NCBI GenBank assembly: GCA_018304205.1
Contig: JAGVWR010000016.1
Location: 1-42,636 of the forward strand
Length of the DNA: 42,636 bases
Direction: 5' to 3'
Origin: Candidatus Pacearchaeota archaeon
GTDB lineage: Archaea; Nanobdellota; Nanobdellia; Pacearchaeales; GW2011-AR1
Notes under the pieces: generated by a model
The model's input: only the letters and a program-made list of their open reading frames with translations
Databases searched by the model: none
Told to the model about the DNA's origin: nothing
Made by a program: the position numbers and the translations under genes
Shown here: positions 18,868 through 27,560 of the stretch, piece by piece
How the letters are laid out: each line of letters begins with the position of its first letter
How positions within the stretch are numbered: position 1 is the first letter of the stretch

Positions 18868-19037
18868 GCTGTAAAGTTAAAGACACCTATTTTAGATAGG
18901 CCATCCAAATTTTATCTTATCCAAAATCGCATCAATAATTTTCTTTTTTATTTTCTCTCTTAGTTTATGCGTGTTTGCCCATTTTGCATAAGCCTGCCAA
19001 CCTTGATAACTTTCTGCTAAAGTTTTAAAATCAATTT

Positions 19038-19058
19038 GGCGCGGCGCGCTTAACGCGC
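19038..19058 (-). other. GC-only hairpin (GCGCG-5 nt-CGCGC) enclosing the stop codon of the 253-aa ORF
   Basis: A 21-nt tract is 17/21 G/C in a ~30% GC genome. The stem pairs 19044-19048 with 19054-19058, and the stop codon at 19050-19052 lies in the loop. Confidence 0.7.
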
Positions 19059-19811
19059 AACAGAAACTACCCTGCCACTGTCACTCGAGTAAGCGAGATT
19101 ATCGTCGTCCGAGTAAACACTGAGGTTCCAGTACAAGCACAACCTCGAAAGTTGTTGATCATTAGTATACCAAGTTCTGTTTCCATTTTCTTTATCTAAG
19201 CTTTTAGGAAGACCTCTTTCGTCTGTTTCATTAAATCTATATTCATTCCATTTAGTGTCAAATCGATCATCATGAATTACTGTAAATTCACCAGTTGGAA
19301 CTAATCTTAGACCGTATCCATTTTTATCTTGAGACCAAGCTTCAACTTTTAAGCCATAGACCATCGCAGGAACTTCTAAACTATCTACTCTTTGAGCCAA
19401 TTCTTCAAATATTGGTAGATTTATTCGATTACCTTTTTTAGTGCCTCTTAGGATAAGAGCTCTTGTGTCAACATAGTGTTTTCCCCTTGTAGCATCAAAT
19501 ACTTTTGCATCATTTAATTCAGCTAAAAGTCCTGTCCTAGCTCCATGAGGTTCTAAAGTTTGATCAGCAAGTATTTGTAAAAATGGTGTTGACCCAGCAG
19601 GACTGCCATCTATTTCATATAAACCAAAAGAATCATTTCCTCCAAATCCTCCTTGTTCAATACTAGCATTTATCTTAGTTCTGAGAGATTCATATAAATA
19701 TCTACCAAAAACTCCTGAAGGAATGGAATGACTTTCTACAACATTTGTTGATCTTCTAGGCAAGAATACAAATTGTGAAAGATCTATTTCGCTACCTACT
19801 GTTTGAGTCAT
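19050..19811 (-). CDS. Hypothetical soluble protein, 253 aa, compositionally GC-richer than its neighbours
   Basis: ATG start 26 nt downstream of an AAAGCTTTAAATA box. No TM segment, signal peptide or recognisable motif; the 3' end is markedly GC-rich. Confidence 0.6.
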   Translation of the reverse strand: MTQTVGSEIDLSQFVFLPRRSTNVVESHSIPSGVFGRYLYESLRTKINASIEQGGFGGNDSFGLYEIDGSPAGSTPFLQILADQTLEPHGARTGLLAELNDAKVFDATRGKHYVDTRALILRGTKKGNRINLPIFEELAQRVDSLEVPAMVYGLKVEAWSQDKNGYGLRLVPTGEFTVIHDDRFDTKWNEYRFNETDERGLPKSLDKENGNRTWYTNDQQLSRLCLYWNLSVYSDDDNLAYSSDSGRVVSVAR

Positions 19812-19831
19812 AAATTTTTTATAGATAAATA

Positions 19832-19845
19832 GTATTTAAAGCTTT
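19832..19845 (-). promoter_or_regulatory. BRE/TATA-like box AAAGCTTTAAATAC for the 253-aa gene
   Basis: Same core AAAGCTTTAA as the pilin-operon box. About 26 nt upstream of the ATG, implying a leaderless transcript. Confidence 0.45.
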
Positions 19846-20043
19846 CCTATTTGTTACTATTAAATAGTTAATGCTGAAAACCTTGCGCTCTTTTTTCATG
19901 TACTGAAAAATATATAATGTCATGTACATGAAAATCAAAAGCATGATGCGGCGCTCATGCTTTGGATGCTAGAAAAATCTTTTATGGTTTTCCGTCAAGT
20001 TTCTTGACATAAAATAGATTGAAGTTGGTGTCGTTTACTTAAC

Positions 20044-20060
20044 AGTTAATCTTTCTTTAA
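20044..20060. repeat. 17-bp perfect direct repeat AGTTAATCTTTCTTTAA (right copy)
   Basis: Identical to 18851-18867. On the minus strand it encodes ..KERLTVK at the end of a small ORF. Confidence 0.8.
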
Positions 20061-20246
20061 CTCTGATTAAAGCAAGTTCAATCTTGCTTTGCTTTTCATC
20101 TACTTGTTTAATTTCCTGCTTTTTTTTCGTAATTGTTCTGATAGTGTTTTATGTAGTGGTCTTCAAGAGGTTTGAGAAACATTAAAGCTGCGAAAGTTGA
20201 TAGTGATGCTAAGTGATACGTTCTATCTGTTTTTGTAATTTCAGTG

Positions 20247-20645
20247 TTATTTCTTATCTTTATTCTTGGTTTCTTCCACTTTCTGAATTATTGAATATAG
20301 CTCAGAATAATACATTTCTCTTTGCGCGCCTATTTGTAGTCTGGCTTCTTCTAGTTTACCTAATTGATTTTCTACAACTTCTAAAGTCTGCTCAGGGGTT
20401 TTCTTTACTACAATTCCAGAACCTACTTCTACAAACATAATTTTCTCTTGGAGCTGTGCTTTAAGAAAAATGCCTCTTCCAAAAGAAGAAAGAATTTCTT
20501 TTTCCTTGGACTCTGAGAAAATTGTTAGATTTTCTCTAAGTGCTGATAAGTCTATAATCTGGGAGTCTAAGAGCTCTATGTGTTGATCTATTTCTCCAAG
20601 CTGTTTTTCTATAAAGGAAGCTCGCATTACTGTTTCTTGATCCAT
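20247..20645 (-). CDS. pfdA: Prefoldin alpha subunit
   Basis: Two coiled-coil arms flank the central beta-hairpin region KIMFVEVGSGIVVKKT. Size fits. ATG at 20645 is preferred over the TTG at 20651. Confidence 0.8.
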   Translation of the reverse strand: MDQETVMRASFIEKQLGEIDQHIELLDSQIIDLSALRENLTIFSESKEKEILSSFGRGIFLKAQLQEKIMFVEVGSGIVVKKTPEQTLEVVENQLGKLEEARLQIGAQREMYYSELYSIIQKVEETKNKDKK

Positions 20646-20690
20646 ATTCAACCTATAAATTAAGGGGATTTAAAGGTTTTTATGAAGGGC

Positions 20691-21347
20691 TTACTTGTAC
20701 TTTTTCTCGAAAAACTTTCTTACCTCTTCATAGATTGTTTCCCAATCTTTACAATTAACTACCTTCAATTTGGTTTTAATAGGCGTTTTATTATAATGGA
20801 AAATTGTGCCCTTATAATTTTTAGATAGAGATTCTATCACACTAGAACTATCATCAATAAAACCAACTATTTTTGGATATAGCTCTTCTATAACTTGTGC
20901 TTTCCATTTATTTGCATCTTTTGTTGGTACTTTATCCGGCCTACAAATTATTGGGGCCATAGGAAAACCGTTCTTTTGTAGCCAGTCTCTTGTTGCAGCC
21001 CTAACTAATTCTGGGCGTATTGTTATGTATGCGGCAATTGGAATTATTTCATTTATTTTATTAAGAAAATGATTTGAATTTTCAATGAGGGGTAATTCTT
21101 TTTGGAATTTAGTTGAATTTCTTTTTTCTTCCATCCATTTTAGGGCTTTTTCTGATTGCCAATAAGGAACATTTTGAGTATAACTATATTTATCAACAAT
21201 TTCTTTAGCTGAAAGATTTTCAGGGTTTCCAAACAATTTTTGCATTTCTTTCGCCCAGCGACCTACAGTCCAAGAAAGAGTTTCGTCTATATCAACTCCT
21301 AGGCCAGTTTCGTTAATCTGGACAAGACTTCGGGTATCACTCTTCAT
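20691..21347 (-). CDS. HAD-superfamily hydrolase (nucleotidase-like)
   Basis: Motif I GVDIDETLS (DxDxT) and motif IV-like GFIDDSS. Confidence 0.65.
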   Translation of the reverse strand: MKSDTRSLVQINETGLGVDIDETLSWTVGRWAKEMQKLFGNPENLSAKEIVDKYSYTQNVPYWQSEKALKWMEEKRNSTKFQKELPLIENSNHFLNKINEIIPIAAYITIRPELVRAATRDWLQKNGFPMAPIICRPDKVPTKDANKWKAQVIEELYPKIVGFIDDSSSVIESLSKNYKGTIFHYNKTPIKTKLKVVNCKDWETIYEEVRKFFEKKYK

Positions 21348-21381
21348 AATAGCTGGATGGGAACTGCCTTAATAAATTAGA

Positions 21382-21918
21382 CTAAGTTTTTATTTCAAGG
21401 AGCTGAATTTTTTCAAAAAAAAGTTTCTCTTCGTCTATGACCTTAAAGGACATTCTTTGTTTTTTTAATAAAGAATCTATATTTCCTCTTGGGGTTAGAG
21501 ATGAAAGAACTAGAAGAATAACTCCTTCCTTTTTTAAGTGATCTTTTGCTTGTTTTAGAAACTTAACTATTATTTCGTCGCCTCTTTTTCCACCAGTCGT
21601 TATTTTTCTTGATTCTTTGTCTTCGCGTTTGTCTCTTGGAAGATAAGGAGGATTAAAAGCAATTACATCAAACTTTTCTTCCTTTTTTATATTTGAGAAT
21701 AGATTTGATTTTACAGTATTGATTTCTTGCTTTTTTAGATCTTTTATTGCTTCTTCATTTATGTCTAATGCAAGAATCGACTTTGCTTCGCATTTTTTTG
21801 CTTCAATTGATTGGATGCCGCTTCCGGTTCCAACATCAAGAAAAATCTTATTTCTTACATAAAACTTTAAATTTCTTTGCAGAAGAAAAGAATCTTCTTT
21901 AGGAACATAAATCATCAT
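21382..21918 (-). CDS. HemK/PrmC/Mtq2-family N5-glutamine methyltransferase
   Basis: SAM motif LDVGTGSGIQSI and substrate motif FNPPYLP. The start overlaps the upstream TGA (ATGA). Confidence 0.8.
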   Translation of the reverse strand: MMIYVPKEDSFLLQRNLKFYVRNKIFLDVGTGSGIQSIEAKKCEAKSILALDINEEAIKDLKKQEINTVKSNLFSNIKKEEKFDVIAFNPPYLPRDKREDKESRKITTGGKRGDEIIVKFLKQAKDHLKKEGVILLVLSSLTPRGNIDSLLKKQRMSFKVIDEEKLFFEKIQLLEIKT

Positions 21919-22397
21919 GCTATCAATTTAAGAAGTTGATCACCAAAGAACACTGCTGCTCCAATTGCTAGAAGAATTAGAACTAAAAGAATAATTAATC
22001 CGATAATTAATATTTTTTTACCTTTACCTGATTTTTGTTGAGTGTTTGGCTGCACCATATAAGGAGGTAGGCTTTGAGCTTGTGGCTGCGGCCTTTGAAT
22101 ATTTACATCTGGCTTTGGCATATCAAAATTATCTGTAATTTTTGGTTTTTCTTGCAATTTATCTAATTTGTCAATTTCGTCTACTCTACTGCCCTGATCT
22201 TGGTCTTCATCTTCTACTTCTTCTCTTTTTATAATGGGACTAGCTAAAATAGATGAAACTCCCTGAGTTAACGACTCTGCTGCAGCTTTAACTTCTGCAG
22301 GATTATAACCTGCATTGATAAACGATCTTGCTGCCGAGTCTAAAGAATAACCCCTTTCTATTGCATTCTTTAACCCTGCGGCTATTTCGTCTCTCAT
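21915..22397 (-). CDS. Tail-anchored membrane protein: small helical N-domain, acidic/Pro-Gln-rich linker, C-terminal TM
   Basis: N-domain is AGLKNAIERGYSLDSAARSFINAGYNPAEV. A low-complexity EDEDQDQ..PQPQAQ linker follows, then TM ILIIGLIILLVLILLAIGAAVFF. Confidence 0.6.
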   Translation of the reverse strand: MRDEIAAGLKNAIERGYSLDSAARSFINAGYNPAEVKAAAESLTQGVSSILASPIIKREEVEDEDQDQGSRVDEIDKLDKLQEKPKITDNFDMPKPDVNIQRPQPQAQSLPPYMVQPNTQQKSGKGKKILIIGLIILLVLILLAIGAAVFFGDQLLKLIA

Positions 22398-22428
22398 ACT
22401 ACAACCTCTCCAGGTTCTAGGAGTCCAG
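22398..22428 (-). promoter_or_regulatory. Short form of the conserved 5' leader (CTGGACTCCTAGAAC-CTGGAGAGGTTGTAGT-ATG)
   Basis: Matches the outer parts of 18707-18787 without the 53-nt insert. The CUCC...GGAG pairing can mask the Shine-Dalgarno-like GGAGAGG. Confidence 0.55.
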
Positions 22429-22467
22429 GGTTTAGATGGAGTTCCAGCGACCGATTTTTATTTTTTA

Positions 22468-23805
22468 TCATAGTTTAAGTTCTTGTCCGTTTTGCATTAA
22501 ATGAACTGTTTTGTTTAATTTGTATCCCATTTCTTGAGCTAAATCCGCGCCAGCTGTGAGCTTTTTAAGTTCTCCATGCGAAGGAATTACATTTTCTGGA
22601 TTTGTGAGTCTTATCAAATCTCTTAAATCCTCTCTTCCACCATGGCCGGAAACGTGAACATTATCAAATATCCTCACTTGATGCTTTCTTAACCTCTTTT
22701 CAAGTTGATCCCTATTCAATTCGTTTATTGGAGTAGGAATTGTCTTTGACGAGAATATAATATGATCGTCACTTGATAAATTTAACGGAAGCTGATTTCT
22801 TGACATCCTATCAAGAATAGATCCTGGTTCGCCTTGGTGTCCAGTACAAACTATAAGATAGTCTTTTTTGTTTTTATTTACTTGTTTAAGCACTTTTTCT
22901 AACTGCCTTCTATATGTTAACAATCTTATTTGATTAGAAAATGGACATTTTCCTATATTTTTTGCTGCAGTTACATATTTGTTTAAACTTCTTCCTAAAA
23001 ATAATACTTGTCTGCCTAATCTATTTCCAAATTCTGCAATTGATTTTAATCTTGCTATATGTGAAGAGAAAGTTGTAATGATCATGCCTGAATTTCTATT
23101 TTCTGTTGTAAAGAATACGTCTTCTAATAAACCTCTAGCAATTTTTTCTGAAGGCGTTTTTCTGTCGTCTTGAGCATATAGACAATCTACAACTAATGCT
23201 TTTATTCCTATTTTTGATAATTCTTTTAATCTTTTATAATTGGGCTTATCTCCAAAAACCGGAGAATTATCAAGTTTGTAATCGTTTGCATATAGTATAA
23301 TGCCTTTAGGGGTATGAACTGCTATAATTGCACTTTGAATAGTTGAATGAGTAATATTGATAAATTCAACTTTGTATTGTTTTCTTCCTTTTGTGAAATA
23401 TGTGCCGTCTGGTTTTATTGGAATAATTCTATTGTTTACATGTCCTTGATTATCTGCACTTAATATTTTTAAGACTTCCATTGTGTAGGGTGTTCCAACA
23501 ACATCTGCCTTATATCGAAAACCGTTATATTGAATTGCTCCAACGTGATCTAGATGGGCGTGTGAAATTAATAATGCTCTTACTTTATCTCTTAAACCTT
23601 TTTTATCTAAATAAATATCATCTGGCAATGCTCCGAGATTTCTCATTCCTTTTTCAGTTGGAATTTTTTCTCTTTCTGCTACCCCTACAATTGCAGGCAA
23701 GAACAAACCATCATCAAAAAGAATAACGTCTTCACCTAAATCCAAGGCAGTCATGTTCTTTCCAACCTCGTTGTAACCACCTATGGCATGTATTTTCATA
23801 TCCAT
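22468..23805 (-). CDS. rnj: Archaeal RNase J (metallo-beta-lactamase/beta-CASP ribonuclease)
   Basis: IHAIGGYNEVGKN start and HxHxDH motif ISHAHLDHVGA. C-terminal HVSGHGGRED beta-CASP His motif; 445 aa. Confidence 0.85.
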   Translation of the reverse strand: MDMKIHAIGGYNEVGKNMTALDLGEDVILFDDGLFLPAIVGVAEREKIPTEKGMRNLGALPDDIYLDKKGLRDKVRALLISHAHLDHVGAIQYNGFRYKADVVGTPYTMEVLKILSADNQGHVNNRIIPIKPDGTYFTKGRKQYKVEFINITHSTIQSAIIAVHTPKGIILYANDYKLDNSPVFGDKPNYKRLKELSKIGIKALVVDCLYAQDDRKTPSEKIARGLLEDVFFTTENRNSGMIITTFSSHIARLKSIAEFGNRLGRQVLFLGRSLNKYVTAAKNIGKCPFSNQIRLLTYRRQLEKVLKQVNKNKKDYLIVCTGHQGEPGSILDRMSRNQLPLNLSSDDHIIFSSKTIPTPINELNRDQLEKRLRKHQVRIFDNVHVSGHGGREDLRDLIRLTNPENVIPSHGELKKLTAGADLAQEMGYKLNKTVHLMQNGQELKL

Positions 23806-23911
23806 GACTTAAATTAGAAATGGTAGTTTAAATATATATTTAAAACCCAACCTTTGATATATACTTTATGATATAATTTTGTTTAAATATGAATTAACTA
23901 TTGATTTTTTT

Positions 23912-24406
23912 ATGGAACAAAGAGACATTAAATTAACAGTTGCTAGGTATGTTGTTGCTAATTCTGTGGCTTTGAAGGGAATGCTTACTAAACCTCATTA
24001 TTTTAACTTTGGAGGAAAAAGTTTAGATGAAACTTCTTGTGGAGGATATAAAACCTTTAAAGGGTATGTAGTTGACATTCTAGCAGAGAGAATTGAGGAG
24101 AGAGATTTTTTCGGGTGGTGCATTCCCGATAGTCCTAACCAAGCAGGTAATTGCGGTAATTCAAAATTAATCCCCCTCACTAAACTTCAATATACTAGTA
24201 TTGTTGTAGGAAACTCCGGAAAAATTACTGAAAAACAAGATGGCCTTTTGATAGTAATCCCTCCTATCAAACAAAGGAATTATTTAGAAGATTTGAAGAA
24301 TAAAAGAGATTTTAGAAAATATTCAGAATCTGTAGATTTGGGCAGTAATTTTGGTGAAAAGGTAGATGTCTTTAAAGGAATAGAAAGACTGTTTTCTAAT
24401 AAATAG
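23912..24406 (+). CDS. Hypothetical protein (164 aa)
   Basis: ATG at 23912; the ORF-track start at 23879 is a TTG. No motif recognised. Confidence 0.45.
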   Translation: MEQRDIKLTVARYVVANSVALKGMLTKPHYFNFGGKSLDETSCGGYKTFKGYVVDILAERIEERDFFGWCIPDSPNQAGNCGNSKLIPLTKLQYTSIVVGNSGKITEKQDGLLIVIPPIKQRNYLEDLKNKRDFRKYSESVDLGSNFGEKVDVFKGIERLFSNK

Positions 24407-24450
24407 TTACATTTCATAAGTTATAAAAAGAAACTTTATCTATTTATTTA

Positions 24451-25317
24451 ATGTCGAAGTATCAGGATGAAAATAGTAGTCATAAAACACACAGAAATGT
24501 GCTATATGGAATTGTTGTAATACTAATTGTATTTCAAACTGTGTCTTTTACAGTTTTAAGCTTGCAAATATCAAAACTTAATATTGAGCTTGAAAGTACT
24601 AGTGCAAATTTAAGTTCTCAGTTTAATTCTAGACTTGAGAGTAATGATGCAAATTATAGGGCAGAATTTAAGGCCATAGGCGAAACACTTGCTCAACAAA
24701 AAGCTGATATAAAACAAGAAATAAATTTAATTAAATCTTCTCAGGAAGATTTTTCTGGAATAATAGAAGATTCTGTTAGGTCTATTGTAAGCGTGGCAAC
24801 GGATAAATCCGTAGGATCTGGATTTGTTGTTAATTCTGAAGGATATATACTAACAAATCAGCACGTTATAGCTGATGCGACTAAAATAAGTGTTCTTACC
24901 TATGATAGAGAGATATTAAGTGCTAAATTAATTGCTTCTGATGAGAAAAAAGATGTTGCATTATTAAAAGTAAGTGAAAATATTGAAGCTCTTGAGCTTG
25001 CAGATTCTTCTAATCTACAAGTTGGGAAAAAAGTAATTGCGATTGGAAACCCTTATGGATTGAGTTTTACGGTAACTGAAGGCATCATATCTGCGCTTGA
25101 TAGATCCGGGCCTGGAGGAAACAATATTTATATTCAGACCGACGTTTCATTAAATCCTGGGAACTCTGGAGGGCCTTTGATAGATACTGAAGGAAAAGTT
25201 ATTGGAATAAATAACTTTAAAGTTGGAGGAGAAGCAGAAGGACTAGGATTTGCCCTGGAAAGCAATGAAATAAAACTAGTAATAAATCAGCTCACAAATC
25301 AAACTATAATAACATGA
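24451..25317 (+). CDS. Membrane-anchored trypsin-like serine protease (HtrA/S1C-like, no PDZ domain)
   Basis: N-terminal TM segment plus catalytic triad contexts TNQHVI, DVALLKV and GNSGGPL. Confidence 0.8.
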   Translation: MSKYQDENSSHKTHRNVLYGIVVILIVFQTVSFTVLSLQISKLNIELESTSANLSSQFNSRLESNDANYRAEFKAIGETLAQQKADIKQEINLIKSSQEDFSGIIEDSVRSIVSVATDKSVGSGFVVNSEGYILTNQHVIADATKISVLTYDREILSAKLIASDEKKDVALLKVSENIEALELADSSNLQVGKKVIAIGNPYGLSFTVTEGIISALDRSGPGGNNIYIQTDVSLNPGNSGGPLIDTEGKVIGINNFKVGGEAEGLGFALESNEIKLVINQLTNQTIIT

Positions 25318-25592
25318 AAATAAAATCAAATATGCAATCGAGGAGAAGATACTTGTTAATTAATGGAACAGAAGAAAGCGTGAACAAAGCAATATTAGAA
25401 GGATTGGGAGCAATAGGGTGGGCTAAAGCATCCCCTATATTTGTTGACGTAAGAAAAGACAAAAAAGAAGGAGAAATTATTCTTGCTATTGACCGAAAAG
25501 AAATAAATAATGTGAGATCTGCTTTTGAATTAAGCGAAGAAAACATTAAGGTGAAAAGAGTTTCCGGGACACTGAAAGGCTTGGAGAAATAA
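25314..25592 (+). CDS. rnp2: RNase P protein component 2 (Pop5/Rpp14 family)
   Basis: RRRYLLI N-terminal signature and C-terminal VKRVSGTLKGL; 92 aa. The start overlaps the upstream TGA. Confidence 0.7.
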   Translation: MKIKSNMQSRRRYLLINGTEESVNKAILEGLGAIGWAKASPIFVDVRKDKKEGEIILAIDRKEINNVRSAFELSEENIKVKRVSGTLKGLEK

Positions 25593-25593
25593 A

Positions 25594-27423
25594 TTATTTA
25601 CCTTTTGAATAAGTCTCAATCGCTTTTCTTACAATTAACTTTCTTTCTTCGAATTGTCTTCTTGGAACTATTGAACCAACAATTTCATTTAAAGTAGTAA
25701 CTCCTTCAAGTACTAAGTCAAGACTTGAATCTAAAAGAGTGGGTAAACCTTTATCTACCATAAGTTTTTGATAAGGAAACATAGATCTTTCTCCTTTTCC
25801 TATTAAATCTCTTTCTTCTTCCCCTATCACCCAAATTTCTGGAACAACTGTTCTACCTTTATAACCAAGGCCATTACAATATGTACAATCTTGCTCTCTG
25901 CTTTTACGTGCTTTATAAAGTTTTAATCCTGAAACTATATCTTCTTTTGCTAATTCGTTTATTTCTGCACTTGCGTCATACTCTTCCTTACAGTCTGGAC
26001 AAAGAACTCTAGCCAGTCTCTGAGCTACAACTCCTGTTAAGCTTGCTTGAATATCAGAATTATCAACGTCAAAGTCACTAAGTCTTGTAAGAACTGAAAT
26101 TGCATCATTGGTGTGCATTGTACTAAATACTAAATGTCCTGTTTTTGCAGCTTCAATTGTTGCTTGTGCTGTTTCTCTATCTCTTGTTTCTCCTACTAAG
26201 ATAATATCTGGATCTTGTCTTAAATATGCCCTTAATGAATTACTAAATCCCCATTCTGCTCTATTATTTACTTGACTCTGATTTATTCCTTCAATTTCCA
26301 TTTCTATTGGATCTTCTATTGTTACAATATTAACGTCTTCTGTATTCAATTCGCTTAACGCTGCGTAAAGAGTTGTCGACTTTCCAGAACCAGTTGGACC
26401 CGTAACAAAGATTAGACCATAAGGATTTTTTATTAAATTTCTAAATTCCTTAAGTGGTCTTTCTTTATGCCCTAATTTTTCAAGCGTAAAAAGCTCTTGC
26501 TTTGAACTTAGCAATCTTATTACCATTTTTTCTCTTCCTCGCGTTGGCATCGTGGCAAGTCTCAGATGATATTCTCTTAATGATTCCTGCGTAGCTAGGA
26601 ACTCTTCTGTAAATTCTATTGAGCCATCTTGGGGTCTTCTCTTTTCATCTATTGCCATTTTTGATTCATTCTTAAATAAGGAAATTACTCTTGGAAGAAT
26701 TTTTTGTGCGTTTCTATAATCTTTTGTAACTAAAGATCCATCTATCCTATATCTTACTCTTGTACTTTTATCTTTCATAGGCTCTAAGTGAATGTCTGAA
26801 GCGTTTAATTTTTCTGCAGTCCTTAATATGGCATTGGCTACTTCTCTTGAATCATTGTCTTCATTTGTTCTTTCCATAACTGTTAACATGTACTCTTTTC
26901 TTGCTGCAGGATCTGCAACTAACTTACTTACAGTATCATATTCTTTTGGAGATAATAGAATAAATTCACGCTTCTCTTTTTCCACATCTTTGTTTAGGAC
27001 TACTATTTGTCTAAAAGAATCTGTGATTTCAAAAGGATCCCTTATTTTAAGATTTTCATTTTCTCTTCCAAAATGAGATCTTATACCATAGAGAGTTGTG
27101 AAGTTATTTTGATAATAAACTAAAGGTTTTATAAGTATTCTATCGAAGTAGGGCATGCGAGAGTAAAGAACCGGTTTGGCATCAATAGGATTTTTATCTA
27201 CTTCTGAAACTAAACTCTCTAAATTTGGAAAGTCTAATTCACCAAGCACCTTTGTTGCTAATTTTTGCTCTTTTGCCAAAGCTGTTCTGAGAGAATCTAA
27301 GTCTGTTAGAGGAATTTGATTTTTGTGTATATTACTGAAAGAACGCATTCCTGGATAAAATCTTGGCATGCCTATTGGATTGATTGAAATATCCTTGCTT
27401 ACTTCATTTGACTTATTAACCAT
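25594..27423 (-). CDS. Type II/IV secretion ATPase of the bacterial PilB/GspE type
   Basis: SDIHLEP..RVRYRIDGSL, Walker A GPTGSGKST, RQDPDIILVGETRD and His box TGHLVFSTMHTNDA. Tetracysteine CPDC..x29..CTYCNGLGYKGR is also present. Confidence 0.85.
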   Translation of the reverse strand: MVNKSNEVSKDISINPIGMPRFYPGMRSFSNIHKNQIPLTDLDSLRTALAKEQKLATKVLGELDFPNLESLVSEVDKNPIDAKPVLYSRMPYFDRILIKPLVYYQNNFTTLYGIRSHFGRENENLKIRDPFEITDSFRQIVVLNKDVEKEKREFILLSPKEYDTVSKLVADPAARKEYMLTVMERTNEDNDSREVANAILRTAEKLNASDIHLEPMKDKSTRVRYRIDGSLVTKDYRNAQKILPRVISLFKNESKMAIDEKRRPQDGSIEFTEEFLATQESLREYHLRLATMPTRGREKMVIRLLSSKQELFTLEKLGHKERPLKEFRNLIKNPYGLIFVTGPTGSGKSTTLYAALSELNTEDVNIVTIEDPIEMEIEGINQSQVNNRAEWGFSNSLRAYLRQDPDIILVGETRDRETAQATIEAAKTGHLVFSTMHTNDAISVLTRLSDFDVDNSDIQASLTGVVAQRLARVLCPDCKEEYDASAEINELAKEDIVSGLKLYKARKSREQDCTYCNGLGYKGRTVVPEIWVIGEEERDLIGKGERSMFPYQKLMVDKGLPTLLDSSLDLVLEGVTTLNEIVGSIVPRRQFEERKLIVRKAIETYSKGK

Positions 27424-27560
27424 CTTTAGCCTGTATAAGTAGTCCTATTTTAATATTTAGGTTATGAGAAAGATAGAAACTAATTTACTATCAATTGATG
27501 AAACATTCTGTTTGAAATTAATTGTTCCTATGTTAAGGATTAAATGAATGATCCTTGCAT

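Noticed and set aside
19873-19960. C/D-box sRNA interpretation of TGATGC / CTGA-like strings here and at 34279-34300.
   Set aside because: Box spacing and order (C - D' - C' - D with ~12-nt guides) cannot be satisfied on either strand, and terminal kink-turn pairing is absent.
19940-19961. Candidate DGR template-repeat/IMH* copy. The loop GCGCCGC matches the GC tract at the end of the 253-aa ORF, and TTGATTTT follows both.
   Set aside because: Upstream sequence shows no similarity to the putative variable region at 19050-19170. No reverse transcriptase is encoded in the window, and the shared strings are too short to be meaningful.
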